In this document: piece after piece, positions 17,777 through 26,861 of the stretch | Position numbering within the stretch: the stretch's first letter is position 1 | Layout of the letters: each line of letters starts with the position of its first letter | DNA from: Bacteroidota bacterium | GTDB lineage: Bacteria; Bacteroidota; Ignavibacteria; UBA10030; UBA8401 | Length of the DNA stretch: 64,000 nucleotides | Direction: 5' to 3' | NCBI GenBank assembly: GCA_035505655.1 | Contig: DATJQP010000034.1 | Location: forward strand, 42,568-106,567 | Program-made: the position numbers and the translations under genes | The notes under the pieces: generated by a model | The model's input: only the letters and a program-made list of their open reading frames with translations | What the model was told of the DNA's origin: nothing | Databases searched by the model: none

Positions 17777-19257
17777 GGCGTTTTCTCCGCCTCCATCGCT
17801 TCGGGCTCTCGGAGTTCAAACCACGCGGGCACATACCTGGCCGGGCCCGAGCGGTAAATGATAAGAAGAAACTGGTACGCAAACGCAAGGTGGCCGATCA
17901 GCATCATCGTTCCGCCGATCGAACGGGCCCAGAGGTACGGCTTCGTCGCATTCACAGAAGCGATAAATGGAAGTGCCGGATTGTTCATCATTGTCCCCTG
18001 GATCCATCCTCCGATGTTCAAAGCAAGGACATAGAGTGCAACGCCGATCGCGCTCATCCAGAAATGGACCTTGATGAGCCGCGGGTACGGCCACTCCCAC
18101 TTTGCGATGCGGGGCATGATATAATAGACTGCTCCGAAAAGGATCATCGAGAGGAATCCATAAACGCCGAGGTGAGCATGTCCGACAGTGTAGTGCGTGA
18201 AGTGGGCGACCTCGCTGAATGAGCGGAGTGACTCTATCGAGCCCTGGAAACTGACCGCCGTATAGCTCATCGACCCAAAAACCACAAAGCGAAGTGTCGG
18301 ACTGAACTTCAACATTCTGAAATGCCCGACGGTGGTGAGATGATGGTTGACCGCTACGGCCATGACCGGCACGAACATCATGACGCTGGCGACAATGGAA
18401 ACGGTGACGAGCCACGTCGGCAGCGGACCTCCCACAAGGTGGTGGATGCCGTTCCAATTATAGAAGAGTGCGAATGCCCAGAATCCCAGCAGACCGAGGT
18501 AGTAGCTGTAGATAGGGCGCCCCAGAACCTTCGGGATGAAATAGTAGGCCCCCGCAAGGCCAACCGGCGTGAACCAAACGGCGAGCGCATTATGCCCAAA
18601 CCACCAGTTCATCGCCGCCTCGGTCACTCCACTGTAGATGCCAAGATTGGCAACGACGTAGAGGATGGGAAACCAGAGGAGAGACGCGAGGATGTACCAA
18701 AGACTCACGTAGAGGTGTTCGACCTGTCGCTTCCGGAATGTCATCACTATGGAGTAGGCAAAGAAAAGAAAACCGAGGGCGATGAGACCACCCGCAGGCT
18801 TTGGGAATTCAAGCCACTCCATCCCCTGATTGTAGCCAACGAGAAGAGCCACGACGCCAAAGAGAACGCCGAGATTCCATAGAACGACGGAGACGTATAG
18901 AGCCCAGGTCTGCTGCAAGGCCACCCTGCATAACCGGCCGGTGAGCCAGACGATCATACCCGCGCCGGCGAGCGAGGCCCATCCGTACATCACGGCGTTA
19001 AGGTGGACCGGTCGGACCCGGCCAAAAGTAAGGTAGGGACTCCCCCCAAGCCAATCGGGAAGGTTGAATTTCAGCGCGGCGACGAGCCCGGCGAGAGAGC
19101 CTATGACGAGCCAGGCGATGCCTGTGAAGAAAAAGAGGACGACGGGGCTCGTGACAGATTCGTCGATACGAACCCGGTGCTGTTTCTCGGAGACTTCCTC
19201 CGCCGAAAGGGGTGCGAAGGAAACAAATTGTTCCCTAGCGAGGGTTGGGGCTGTCAT
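17773..19257 (-). CDS. ccoN: cbb3-type cytochrome c oxidase subunit I (CcoN/FixN)
   Basis: 494-aa polytopic heme-copper oxidase with WWFGHNALAVWFTP and HFTHYTVGHAHLGVYGF blocks. Confidence 0.9.
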   Translation of the reverse strand: MTAPTLAREQFVSFAPLSAEEVSEKQHRVRIDESVTSPVVLFFFTGIAWLVIGSLAGLVAALKFNLPDWLGGSPYLTFGRVRPVHLNAVMYGWASLAGAGMIVWLTGRLCRVALQQTWALYVSVVLWNLGVLFGVVALLVGYNQGMEWLEFPKPAGGLIALGFLFFAYSIVMTFRKRQVEHLYVSLWYILASLLWFPILYVVANLGIYSGVTEAAMNWWFGHNALAVWFTPVGLAGAYYFIPKVLGRPIYSYYLGLLGFWAFALFYNWNGIHHLVGGPLPTWLVTVSIVASVMMFVPVMAVAVNHHLTTVGHFRMLKFSPTLRFVVFGSMSYTAVSFQGSIESLRSFSEVAHFTHYTVGHAHLGVYGFLSMILFGAVYYIMPRIAKWEWPYPRLIKVHFWMSAIGVALYVLALNIGGWIQGTMMNNPALPFIASVNATKPYLWARSIGGTMMLIGHLAFAYQFLLIIYRSGPARYVPAWFELREPEAMEAEKTP

Positions 19258-19492
19258 CGGCCGGACTGTTGAAGATCATATCCTGCGGGGTACCGATCGG
19301 CTCATCGTCGTTGAAGATCGTGTTGGCACCCTCGTTAAGCTGTTTCAGCGAGAACTGCTTCGTCTGTACCGCCCACACAAAGGCCGCGAGCGTGAGAGCT
19401 CCGGCGATCACGACAAACGACACGATGAAAATGACGGCGAGTGGAAGGCTCACGTCTGCTGAAGAGTTTTGTTGAGACGGTCTCTCCGGCAA
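19235..19492 (-). CDS. ccoS: cbb3 oxidase maturation protein CcoS/FixS
   Basis: Single TM helix followed by AFVWAVQTKQFSLKQLNEGANTIFNDDEP, which matches the CcoS pattern W-A-x-K-x-x-Q-F-x-D. The start is ambiguous: a TTG at 19492 or a GTG at 19453 placed directly at the TM helix. Confidence 0.7.
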   Translation of the reverse strand: MPERPSQQNSSADVSLPLAVIFIVSFVVIAGALTLAAFVWAVQTKQFSLKQLNEGANTIFNDDEPIGTPQDMIFNSPADDSPNPR

Positions 19493-19515
19493 TGGAGGAC
19501 CCGAAGTTCGGGGCT

Positions 19516-19544
19516 AAGATAGCACAAACTTTCTTTTTTTTCAA
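19516..19544 (-). promoter_or_regulatory. Candidate sigma70-type promoter for the ccoS-ccoN...ccoI array
   Basis: Read on the minus strand: TTGAAA (19544-19539), a 17-nt spacer ending in TGC, then TATCTT (19521-19516). It lies ~24-60 nt upstream of the possible ccoS starts. Confidence 0.35.
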
Positions 19545-19550
19545 CGGCGT

Positions 19551-19568
19551 CAAGACAAATTTGTCTTG
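19551..19568. promoter_or_regulatory. Perfect 18-bp palindrome (candidate operator) in the divergent ccoS / DsbD_2-like intergenic region
   Basis: caagacaaatttgtcttg is its own reverse complement. It lies 6 nt upstream of the candidate -35 of the respiratory array and 80 nt upstream of the plus-strand ATG at 19648. Confidence 0.4.
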
Positions 19569-19647
19569 GATTCGCAGATCGGTTTTTGTATTATTTCCTG
19601 TTTGAGCACCGAAATTCTGTTGTCGACATTCATTTCATGCGCTCCTG

Positions 19648-20370
19648 ATGGACTGGGCTTTTGTTCTCATCACAGGCTTCTTCGGCAGTGTGCATTGTGC
19701 GGGTATGTGCGGTGCGATTGTCGCGGCGTATACGACTCAGGATCAGGGAACGGTTTCGGGACCCCGGAGTCGTTGGAGAATGCTCGCCCGGCACCTGTCG
19801 TACAACGCCGGCCGGGCGGTCTCCTATGCAATTGTGGGGGCGGCGCTCGGCGCCGCCGGAGGAACATTTGCAGGATTGAAGATGGTGGGGAGCTGGTACT
19901 CGGCTGCCGTGGGTGGACTGCTGATCCTTTCCGGCCTCTGGATGGCGGGGCTCATACCCCGATTTGGCCTGGAGCCCGGGACGACGGCGCAGGAGAGGCC
20001 GATCTTCTACCAACTTTATTCACGGACCTACGGTGCGCTTCTCAAGGCCCCTACCCTCGAGAGCAAGTTCTACATCGGCATGCTGACTCCGCTCCTTCCA
20101 TGCGGCTTCCTGTACACCGCATTCCTTATGGCTGCGGCATCGGGGAATGCTCTGGTGGGTGCCGCAACGATGGCAGTCTTCGCCATCGGCATAGTGCCCG
20201 CGCTCGTTACGGTGGGTTACATCTCAACCATCATCACTCTTCGGTTGAGAATGTGGGGGACCAAAGTCGCCGCGTTCGCCCTGATCTTCATGGGAACAAT
20301 GATGTTCTTGAGAGGAGTGGGGGTAGACTTGCCGTGGATGCCGATGGGGGGAATGCAGCACTGTCACTGA
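19648..20370 (+). CDS. DsbD_2 / TauE-SafE-like membrane protein (Cys-motif transporter family often linked to cco maturation genes)
   Basis: 240 aa with ~6-7 TM helices, an N-terminal HCAGMCG motif and a later LLPCG motif. ATG start. Confidence 0.6.
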   Translation: MDWAFVLITGFFGSVHCAGMCGAIVAAYTTQDQGTVSGPRSRWRMLARHLSYNAGRAVSYAIVGAALGAAGGTFAGLKMVGSWYSAAVGGLLILSGLWMAGLIPRFGLEPGTTAQERPIFYQLYSRTYGALLKAPTLESKFYIGMLTPLLPCGFLYTAFLMAAASGNALVGAATMAVFAIGIVPALVTVGYISTIITLRLRMWGTKVAAFALIFMGTMMFLRGVGVDLPWMPMGGMQHCH

Positions 20371-20534
20371 GTCAGCACGACTTGCCCGGTCAAGGAGCCG
20401 GGAGCATACGAGATGGGAGATCTGAGAATGAAACGCAGGGGAGGTATGCGCATTCTGATAAGACTGCGCCTTGCGCCGAGGACGGATGTTGAATCCGTTC
20501 ATTGCGCGCTCATGCTGCTCGGAGGAGGAACCTC

Positions 20535-22769
20535 CTACAACTTTTTCCGTTTGAGCCTTAGCGCATTCGTCACGACACTGACGGAGCTCAGCGCCATCGC
20601 GGCGGCGGCCACCGCCGGATTCAGCTTGCCGAAGGCGGCGAGCGGAATCCCGACAATGTTATACATGAACGCCCAAAGGAGATTCTGTCGTATCGTCCGC
20701 ACCGTCAGACGCGAGAGCTCGATCGCCTGAGGGATCGATTCAAGATCGGATTTCATCAGTGTAACATCCGCCGTCTCCATCGCGACGTCTGTTCCGCTCC
20801 CCATTGCGATCCCGACGTCCGCTTGGGCGAGAGCAGGAGCGTCGTTGATTCCGTCGCCGACCATCGCGACGACGGCCCCTTTCAGCTGCAATTCCTTGAT
20901 CCGTGCCGCTTTCTCCTGAGGAAGTACCCGGGCAAAGAATTCTCCCACCTCCGTCTGTCGCGCCATCTCCGCCGCTGCCACCTCCTCGTCGCCGGTGATC
21001 ATCACTGTTTTGACTCCGAGATTCTTCAATCGGTGCATTGCATGCCGCGCTCCTGCCTTGGCACTGTCTCTAAGCCGGAAACAGCCAGCCAGAACTCCGT
21101 CGAAGGAGACAAACACCGCTGTGCGTCCGTCGGTCCCTTCTTCAGCGCCGAGAGCGTTGGCTCCTGAGAGTTCGACTCCCTCGGCCTTAAGGAAGTCAAG
21201 TTTTCCGACACGGACCTGAACTCCGTCAACCTCTCCGGACACACCCATTCCTTCAAAATTCCGGAACGAACCTATCTCCTGCGAAAGAGAAAGGTTCTGC
21301 GCCGACTCGACAATAGCTCTCGCCAGGGGGTGTTCGGACCTTGCTTCAAGCGAAGCTGCCGCCGTGACCATCTCTTCGCGCCGCACGTTGCCGAACGAGA
21401 GCACCTCGATGACCGACAGCTTCCCCTCCGTAAGCGTTCCCGTCTTGTCGAAGACAATTGTCGTCACGCGATGAGCGCGCTCGAGGCTTTCAGCATTCCT
21501 GATGAGAATGCCGAGGGCAGCCCCCCTCCCGGTTCCGACGATGATTGCCGTGGGCGTTGCAAGACCCAGGGCACACGGACATGCGATGATAAGAACCGCG
21601 ACGGCGTTCACCATCGCGGCGGAGAATCCGATTCCACCCAAAAAGTACCATACGAGAAACGTAACTGCCGCCACAACCATGACCACGGGGACGAAGACAG
21701 ACGCGATGGAGTCTGCGAGATCCTGAACCGGCGCCTTGGATCCCTGGGCCTCTTCGACCAGACGGATAATGTGCGCGATGACCGTCTCGTCGCCGACAGC
21801 CGTGGCCCGAAAGTCAACGCTCCCATTCCTGTTGATCGTCCCTCCCACAACCTTTGCTCCGACCGATTTCTCCACCGGCAGGCTCTCACCGGTGACCATC
21901 GATTCATCAAAAGTACTCCGTCCTTCAGTGATGGTTCCATCGACAGGAACGCTTTCTCCCGGACGAAGGCGAATAAGATCGCCGACAACTATCTCTTCGA
22001 CAGGAGTGTCCATCTCAACGCCGCCACGAATCACTTTCGCATTCTTTGGCTTCAGTCCGATGAGTTTCCTGATCGCGTCGGACGCTCTCCATTTGGCGCG
22101 CGCTTCGAGAAGCCTCCCCAGGAGAATGAGGGTCACGATGGATACAGCGGTATCAAAATAGACCGGGCCGGGCACGGCACCTTTTCCAAGCCACTCGGGA
22201 AAAAGGGCCGCGAACGCGCTGTAGGAGTACGCCACCCCTGTGCCGACCGCGACAAGGGTGTTCATATCGGCGGAGAAGTGTTTCCCGATTTGCCACGCAG
22301 CCGAAAAAAAGCGTCTGGCGGAAACAAACATCACGGGAGTGGAGAGGATCAGGAGCACCTTTGCGATCTCGGGCTCCGAGAGCCGCAGCGCGGCGGAGAT
22401 CCAGGGCATCATCATCCCCATGCTCAAGATGACGACCGGGACCGAAAAGGCTGCGCTAAGGATCAGATCTCTTCGGAGCGAATCGTAGACGGCTCTTCGG
22501 CGAGATTGATCTTCCGCTTCCACCTCCGTCTCCTTCTTCGTTGCAGGAAGGAGAAGTTTATACCCGGCCTCCGCAACAGCGGAAGAGAGCGCTGAAAGAT
22601 CCGTCACGGACGGATCGTACGAGAGGGATGCTTTTTCGGTGGCTAGGTTGACGTTCGCTTCGGCAACCCCCTCTACCTTCTTGAGCGCCTTTTCGACGCG
22701 GGCGACACAACTTGCGCATGTCATCCCTTCAACGGGAAGGATGAGCGATGTCATGGCAGAATTCTTCAT
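20535..22769 (-). CDS. copA: Copper-exporting P1B-type ATPase CopA
   Basis: 744 aa with an N-terminal HMA domain ([15 protein letters not shown]) and the motifs [17 protein letters not shown] and GDGINDAP. Confidence 0.9.
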   Translation of the reverse strand: MKNSAMTSLILPVEGMTCASCVARVEKALKKVEGVAEANVNLATEKASLSYDPSVTDLSALSSAVAEAGYKLLLPATKKETEVEAEDQSRRRAVYDSLRRDLILSAAFSVPVVILSMGMMMPWISAALRLSEPEIAKVLLILSTPVMFVSARRFFSAAWQIGKHFSADMNTLVAVGTGVAYSYSAFAALFPEWLGKGAVPGPVYFDTAVSIVTLILLGRLLEARAKWRASDAIRKLIGLKPKNAKVIRGGVEMDTPVEEIVVGDLIRLRPGESVPVDGTITEGRSTFDESMVTGESLPVEKSVGAKVVGGTINRNGSVDFRATAVGDETVIAHIIRLVEEAQGSKAPVQDLADSIASVFVPVVMVVAAVTFLVWYFLGGIGFSAAMVNAVAVLIIACPCALGLATPTAIIVGTGRGAALGILIRNAESLERAHRVTTIVFDKTGTLTEGKLSVIEVLSFGNVRREEMVTAAASLEARSEHPLARAIVESAQNLSLSQEIGSFRNFEGMGVSGEVDGVQVRVGKLDFLKAEGVELSGANALGAEEGTDGRTAVFVSFDGVLAGCFRLRDSAKAGARHAMHRLKNLGVKTVMITGDEEVAAAEMARQTEVGEFFARVLPQEKAARIKELQLKGAVVAMVGDGINDAPALAQADVGIAMGSGTDVAMETADVTLMKSDLESIPQAIELSRLTVRTIRQNLLWAFMYNIVGIPLAAFGKLNPAVAAAAMALSSVSVVTNALRLKRKKL

Positions 22770-22817
22770 CGGTCAATTCATCTCTCCGGAAGAACGATCG
22801 CGTGATTCACAGATCCT

Positions 22818-23027
22818 TTAGCGAACCGTGACAACCCTGTATCCCGCTTCTTCGACCGCTCGTTCGAGCACCTGTACGGTCACTTTTGTTTCGTCGAATC
22901 GTACCCGCGCCTTCCCTATCTGTACGTCGTCGACGACAACGTCGGGGAGTTTGGAGAGCTCCTTTTTGACGCTCATGACGCAATGTCCACACGTCATTCC
23001 TTCGATTGCCAACTCTTGTGACTTCAT
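22818..23027 (-). CDS. copZ: Copper chaperone CopZ (single HMA domain)
   Basis: 69 aa with GMTCGHCVMSVKKEL, located immediately upstream of copA. Confidence 0.85.
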   Translation of the reverse strand: MKSQELAIEGMTCGHCVMSVKKELSKLPDVVVDDVQIGKARVRFDETKVTVQVLERAVEEAGYRVVTVR

Positions 23028-23100
23028 ATGACTTTCTCCTTGTTGAGCTACGTTACCTCTTTACATAAGGTCAATATGCCGCTTCTTCCGTTTTGATGCG

Positions 23101-23132
23101 TTACACAATTCGGAAAAAGATTTACACAATTC
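23101..23132. repeat. Two exact 11-bp direct repeats (ttacacaattc) phased 21 bp apart; candidate operator upstream of copZ
   Basis: Copies at 23101-23111 and 23122-23132. The second overlaps the stop codon of the HMA-AraC regulator gene. A degenerate third copy (ttacataagg) is at 23061-23070. The repeats lie 74-105 nt upstream of the copZ ATG. Confidence 0.4.
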
Positions 23133-23766
23133 TCGCCTTCCGTCTTTCTGCGGGTTGTCCCTCCATGCCGACCTTGTCAATGGGGCTCCGTTTCGCCTCC
23201 TTGATCCGTTTGAAGTGCGATGGAGTGAAGCCGGTCGTCTTCTTGAATTGGTTGGAGAGATGTTGAACGCTGCTGTATCCGGTTCTGTAGGCTATCTCGC
23301 TGAGGGACAGCTCGTCGTAGACGAGAAGCTCCTTCACCCTCTCGATTCTCTGGAGGATGATATACTTCTCAATCGTCATGCTCTCGATCGAAGAAAAGAG
23401 AGTGCTCAGGTGGTGATAGTCATGCCCCAACTCTTTTTCGATGAGGGTCGAGAATTTCCCGGGGCGGGATTTCGCGGGATCGGAATGGTGGATCGCGTTG
23501 ATGATGACCGTCTTGATCTGTTCGATGAGCTTCACCCTCTTATCGTCAATCAGTTCGAAGCCATCCGATTCGAGGGTTTTCCGGAGGGCCGGGAAATCGA
23601 TCGGAGGCGTCCCCGAGACCACCACCTCGCCAAGTTGAATGCTCCGTACGTCGAGGCCGAGCCTTTCCATCCCTTCCGTCACCGTCCGGATGCAACGATC
23701 GCAGACCATGTTCTTCACAAAAAGTGTTTCGGTCCGCACGCTCCCCGTCCCAGAAGATTTTCCCAT
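23122..23766 (-). CDS. AraC-family transcriptional regulator with an N-terminal HMA-like metal-binding domain
   Basis: 214 aa. The N-terminus has MVCDRCIRTV in an HMA-like fold. The C-terminus has an AraC-type HTH (LSLSEIAYRTGYSSVQHLSNQFKKTTGFTPSHFK). It lies upstream of copZ-copA on the same strand. Confidence 0.8.
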   Translation of the reverse strand: MGKSSGTGSVRTETLFVKNMVCDRCIRTVTEGMERLGLDVRSIQLGEVVVSGTPPIDFPALRKTLESDGFELIDDKRVKLIEQIKTVIINAIHHSDPAKSRPGKFSTLIEKELGHDYHHLSTLFSSIESMTIEKYIILQRIERVKELLVYDELSLSEIAYRTGYSSVQHLSNQFKKTTGFTPSHFKRIKEAKRSPIDKVGMEGQPAERRKARIV

Positions 23767-23916
23767 GATTTTCTTTCGTCTTCGTGATTACCTGTTGCTG
23801 TAAAGTACTCCAAAATCCCAATACTCTCAATCCATCTCTCGATTCGATCCGAAGGGCGAGCCTTGCATCCCGCTCTTCTCTTTGCTATTTTCCGATACGA
23901 ATTCTGCAGGATTGTC

Positions 23917-25281
23917 ATGTCTTTGATGGTGAGCATTTCGGGAATCAGGGGTATCGTCGGGGAATCGCTGACACCCGAAGTCGTCGTACGCTACGCCTCC
24001 GCGTTCGCGGAGTATTGTCACGGAGGCACTATCGTCCTCGGACGCGACGGACGAATCACCGGCTCTTCGGTTGCACATATCGTCTCCTCGACTCTCCTGC
24101 AGATGGGGTGCGACGTCGCCTCGATCGGAGTCTGTCCGACTCCGACCGTTGCCCTGGGAGTGGAAAAACTGAGAGCGAGCGGAGGGATTGCCGTTACGGC
24201 GAGCCACAATCCGATCCAATGGAACGGGCTGAAGTTCATTGCCCCCAACGGCATGTTCCTCGATTCCGAGGAGAACAGGAAGTTCTGGGAGATTGCGGGG
24301 AAGAGCGAACGATCTTACCGGAGCTGGGAGAAGCAAGGAAAGCACTCCGCCGCTCATCAGCTCATCGACGAGCACATTCGCGCAGTCCTTGCCATTCCCT
24401 ACCTGCATTCGGAGAAGATCCGAAAGAGGCGACTGAAGGTCGTCCTTGATTGTGTTAACGCAGCGGGCGGGGTGATCATTCCGAGACTTTTGCGGGAATT
24501 CGGTTGCGACGTCGTTGAGATGAACACGGATGTCAGCGGCATTTTCGCCCATACCCCCGAACCGGTTCCGGAGAATCTCACCGGGCTCTCTTCGCGGGTT
24601 GTCTCTGAGAAAGCTGACGTCGGCATCGCGGTCGATCCCGACGTTGACAGACTGGTCTTCATCGATGAGCGGGGAGTCCCGTTCGTTGAGGAATATACGA
24701 TTGCGTCGGCGGTGAAGTACGTGCTCGACGCAGAGAAGAAGCTCGGCCGGGCGGGCCACTCGGTTGTCGTCAACCTCTCGACAACCAGGGCCGTCGATGA
24801 TATCGCGAAGGAGTACGGTGCTACGGTGACCCGGACGCCGGTCGGCGAGATCAATGTGGCGTCGCGGATGAAGGTCCTCCGTTCCGTCATCGGGGGCGAA
24901 GGGAGCGGTGGGGTGATCTTCCCAGCGGTTCACTACGGGCGCGACGCCGCCGTGGGGATCGGTCTCTTTCTTCAACTTCTTGTGGATTTTGGAGGAAAAA
25001 CTTCCGAGCTTAAGGCCAGCCTCCCCTACTATACCATTGTCAAGAGCAAGATTGAGCTCGGATCGCTGAAACCCGAACCGGTGCTCGCCCGCCTTGCCGC
25101 TCAGTATTCGAAAACCGAAAAGACGAACAGCGACGACGGGCTGAAGATCGATTTCCGATCTTCGTGGGTCCACCTGAGGAAATCGAACACCGAGCCGATC
25201 ATGCGAGTTATCGCCGAGGCTCCAACCCGGGACGAGGCCGCCGCGCTTGTCGAGCGCTTCCAGAAAGAGATCCTCTCCTGA
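23917..25281 (+). CDS. glmM: Phosphohexomutase, phosphoglucosamine mutase-like
   Basis: Motifs are the active-site loop TASHNP, the metal loop GIAVDPDVDR and the sugar loop GGEGSGG. I trimmed the start to the ATG at 23917 (MSLMVSISGIRG); the track start at 23863 is a TTG. Confidence 0.8.
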   Translation: MSLMVSISGIRGIVGESLTPEVVVRYASAFAEYCHGGTIVLGRDGRITGSSVAHIVSSTLLQMGCDVASIGVCPTPTVALGVEKLRASGGIAVTASHNPIQWNGLKFIAPNGMFLDSEENRKFWEIAGKSERSYRSWEKQGKHSAAHQLIDEHIRAVLAIPYLHSEKIRKRRLKVVLDCVNAAGGVIIPRLLREFGCDVVEMNTDVSGIFAHTPEPVPENLTGLSSRVVSEKADVGIAVDPDVDRLVFIDERGVPFVEEYTIASAVKYVLDAEKKLGRAGHSVVVNLSTTRAVDDIAKEYGATVTRTPVGEINVASRMKVLRSVIGGEGSGGVIFPAVHYGRDAAVGIGLFLQLLVDFGGKTSELKASLPYYTIVKSKIELGSLKPEPVLARLAAQYSKTEKTNSDDGLKIDFRSSWVHLRKSNTEPIMRVIAEAPTRDEAAALVERFQKEILS

Positions 25282-25334
25282 ATCGCAGTGCTTAGAAATC
25301 GTATCAACGGAAGTTTTATCGCTGGACCTTCGTC

Positions 25335-25610
25335 ATGACCCTTTGCCGAGTCACGGGAACGATCGTGGCAACACAGAAGAATGCGACGCTCAGAGAGTAC
25401 AAGACCCTCATCGTCCGTCCCGTCGACCTTAGCGGCAAATTCATCGGCAAGGATCTTCTCGCCATCGACACCGTTGATGCCGGGATCAATGATATGGTGC
25501 TCGTCATCCAGGAAGGAGCAGGAGCTCAGCAGGTTTTAAAGAGGAAGGATATGCCGGTCCACACCGTCGTCGTAGCGGTTGTCGACGGGATCGATGCTGT
25601 TCTTCGCTGA
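25335..25610 (+). CDS. EutN/CcmL-family protein (bacterial microcompartment vertex pentamer, BMC-P fold)
   Basis: 91 aa: MTLCRVTGTIVATQKNATLREYKTLIVRPVDLSGKFIGKDLLAIDTVDAGINDMVLVIQEGAGAQQ...PVHTVVVAVVDGID. It aligns by eye with E. coli EutN (MKLAVVTGQIVCT...AIDNIGAGTGEWVLLVSGSSARQ...PVDLCVIGIVD). Confidence 0.8.
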   Translation: MTLCRVTGTIVATQKNATLREYKTLIVRPVDLSGKFIGKDLLAIDTVDAGINDMVLVIQEGAGAQQVLKRKDMPVHTVVVAVVDGIDAVLR

Positions 25611-25649
25611 AGGTCTCAGGGGACCTCGCCGTTCACATCTCACACAGGT

Positions 25650-26768
25650 ATGTCCGCGCAATCGTCGACATCGGAGATCAATGTCTTCGACCTCCTGCGC
25701 CTCTCCGCAGTTCCGGGAGTAGGGGCGAGCAGGCTCAGGATTCTTGTCTCTCATTTTGGTTCGCCGGCACGGGTGCTGGAGGCGTCGGCCCTGGATATTT
25801 CGAAAGTTGAAGGAATCGAAAAGAGGTTGGCCGCGACCATCGCACATTTCGACGGGGGATCCGAGTTTGCCGAAGAACAACTCTCGGCGCTGAACAGAAT
25901 CGACGGCCGGATCGTCACGATCTGGGATGACGAATATCCCGAGCTCCTGAGAAAAATCTATGACCCTCCCCCGCTTCTTTTTGTCCTCGGCACAATCGAA
26001 CCGAACGACCGGTATGCGGTCGCAGTGGTAGGAACCCGTCTTCCGAGCAATTATGGGAAGCTTATCGCAGAGAAGCTCACCCGCGAACTCTCTGCGAAGG
26101 GTATTACGATCGTGAGCGGATTGGCGCGCGGCATCGATACGATTTCCCATCTCTCCGCGTTTCAAGCCGGCGGGAGAACGATTGCGGTGATCGGTTCAGG
26201 CCTCGATCGCATCTATCCGCCGGAAAACCGGGAGCATGTCGAACGATTCCGGGAACAGGGAGCCATTGTCTCGGAATTCGGCATGGGGGCGCTTCCCGAC
26301 GCCGGCAACTTCCCCAGACGAAACCGGATCGTGAGCGGAATGACGCTCGGGACCCTTATCATCGAGACGCCGGAAAATGGCGGAGCAATGATCACGGGCT
26401 CGACGGCGCTGGATCAGAACCGGGAGCTCTTCTGTGTGCCGGGAAACATCACGGAAAAGAACAGCATCGGGGGGAACATCCTCATCAGGGACGGACGGGC
26501 CAAGCTTGTCCTCACGGTCGACGACATCATCGCTGAGCTCGAACCCGCCCTTCGCCCCATCCTCAAGAACACGCCCGAACCACCTCCTCTCCAGCTCTCC
26601 ATCTTTGAATCCCGACTTCTCGAGCTCCTGGCCCCGGAGCCTCTTCACGTCGACCTCCTCTCGGAAAGGGCCGGTCTCTCGATTCCCGACACGCTGGTGA
26701 ATATGCTCAGCCTGGAATTCAAAGGCCTGGTGCGCCAGCTGGCCGGGAAAGTTTTTGTGAAGATGTAG
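25650..26768 (+). CDS. dprA: DNA-processing protein DprA/Smf
   Basis: 372 aa with GLARGIDTISH, the Rossmann-like core FPRRNRIVSG and a C-terminal winged-helix-like tail. Confidence 0.85.
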   Translation: MSAQSSTSEINVFDLLRLSAVPGVGASRLRILVSHFGSPARVLEASALDISKVEGIEKRLAATIAHFDGGSEFAEEQLSALNRIDGRIVTIWDDEYPELLRKIYDPPPLLFVLGTIEPNDRYAVAVVGTRLPSNYGKLIAEKLTRELSAKGITIVSGLARGIDTISHLSAFQAGGRTIAVIGSGLDRIYPPENREHVERFREQGAIVSEFGMGALPDAGNFPRRNRIVSGMTLGTLIIETPENGGAMITGSTALDQNRELFCVPGNITEKNSIGGNILIRDGRAKLVLTVDDIIAELEPALRPILKNTPEPPPLQLSIFESRLLELLAPEPLHVDLLSERAGLSIPDTLVNMLSLEFKGLVRQLAGKVFVKM

Positions 26769-26775
26769 TTTTTTT

Positions 26776-26804
26776 CTTGACAGATCCATTCCCTGTAACA
26801 AAAA
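26776..26804 (+). promoter_or_regulatory. Candidate sigma70-type promoter
   Basis: TTGACA (26776-26781), a 17-nt spacer, then AAAAAT (26799-26804). It lies 58 nt upstream of the ATG at 26862. Confidence 0.3.
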
Positions 26805-26861
26805 TCACGCCAAAGAATCTTTCATGTTTGTGCGAAATGTCCTATCTTGAAACAACCCAAA

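Noticed and set aside
19566-20492. 308-aa ORF overlapping the DsbD_2-like gene in another frame
   Set aside because: The 19648-20370 frame gives a coherent polytopic membrane protein with HCAGMCG and PCG motifs. The alternative frame is Arg/Gly/Cys-rich with no TM pattern.
23827-25173. 448-aa ORF antisense to glmM
   Set aside because: The same argument applies. glmM carries three canonical phosphohexomutase loops, while the antisense product is Arg/Asp/Pro-rich with no motif or signal.
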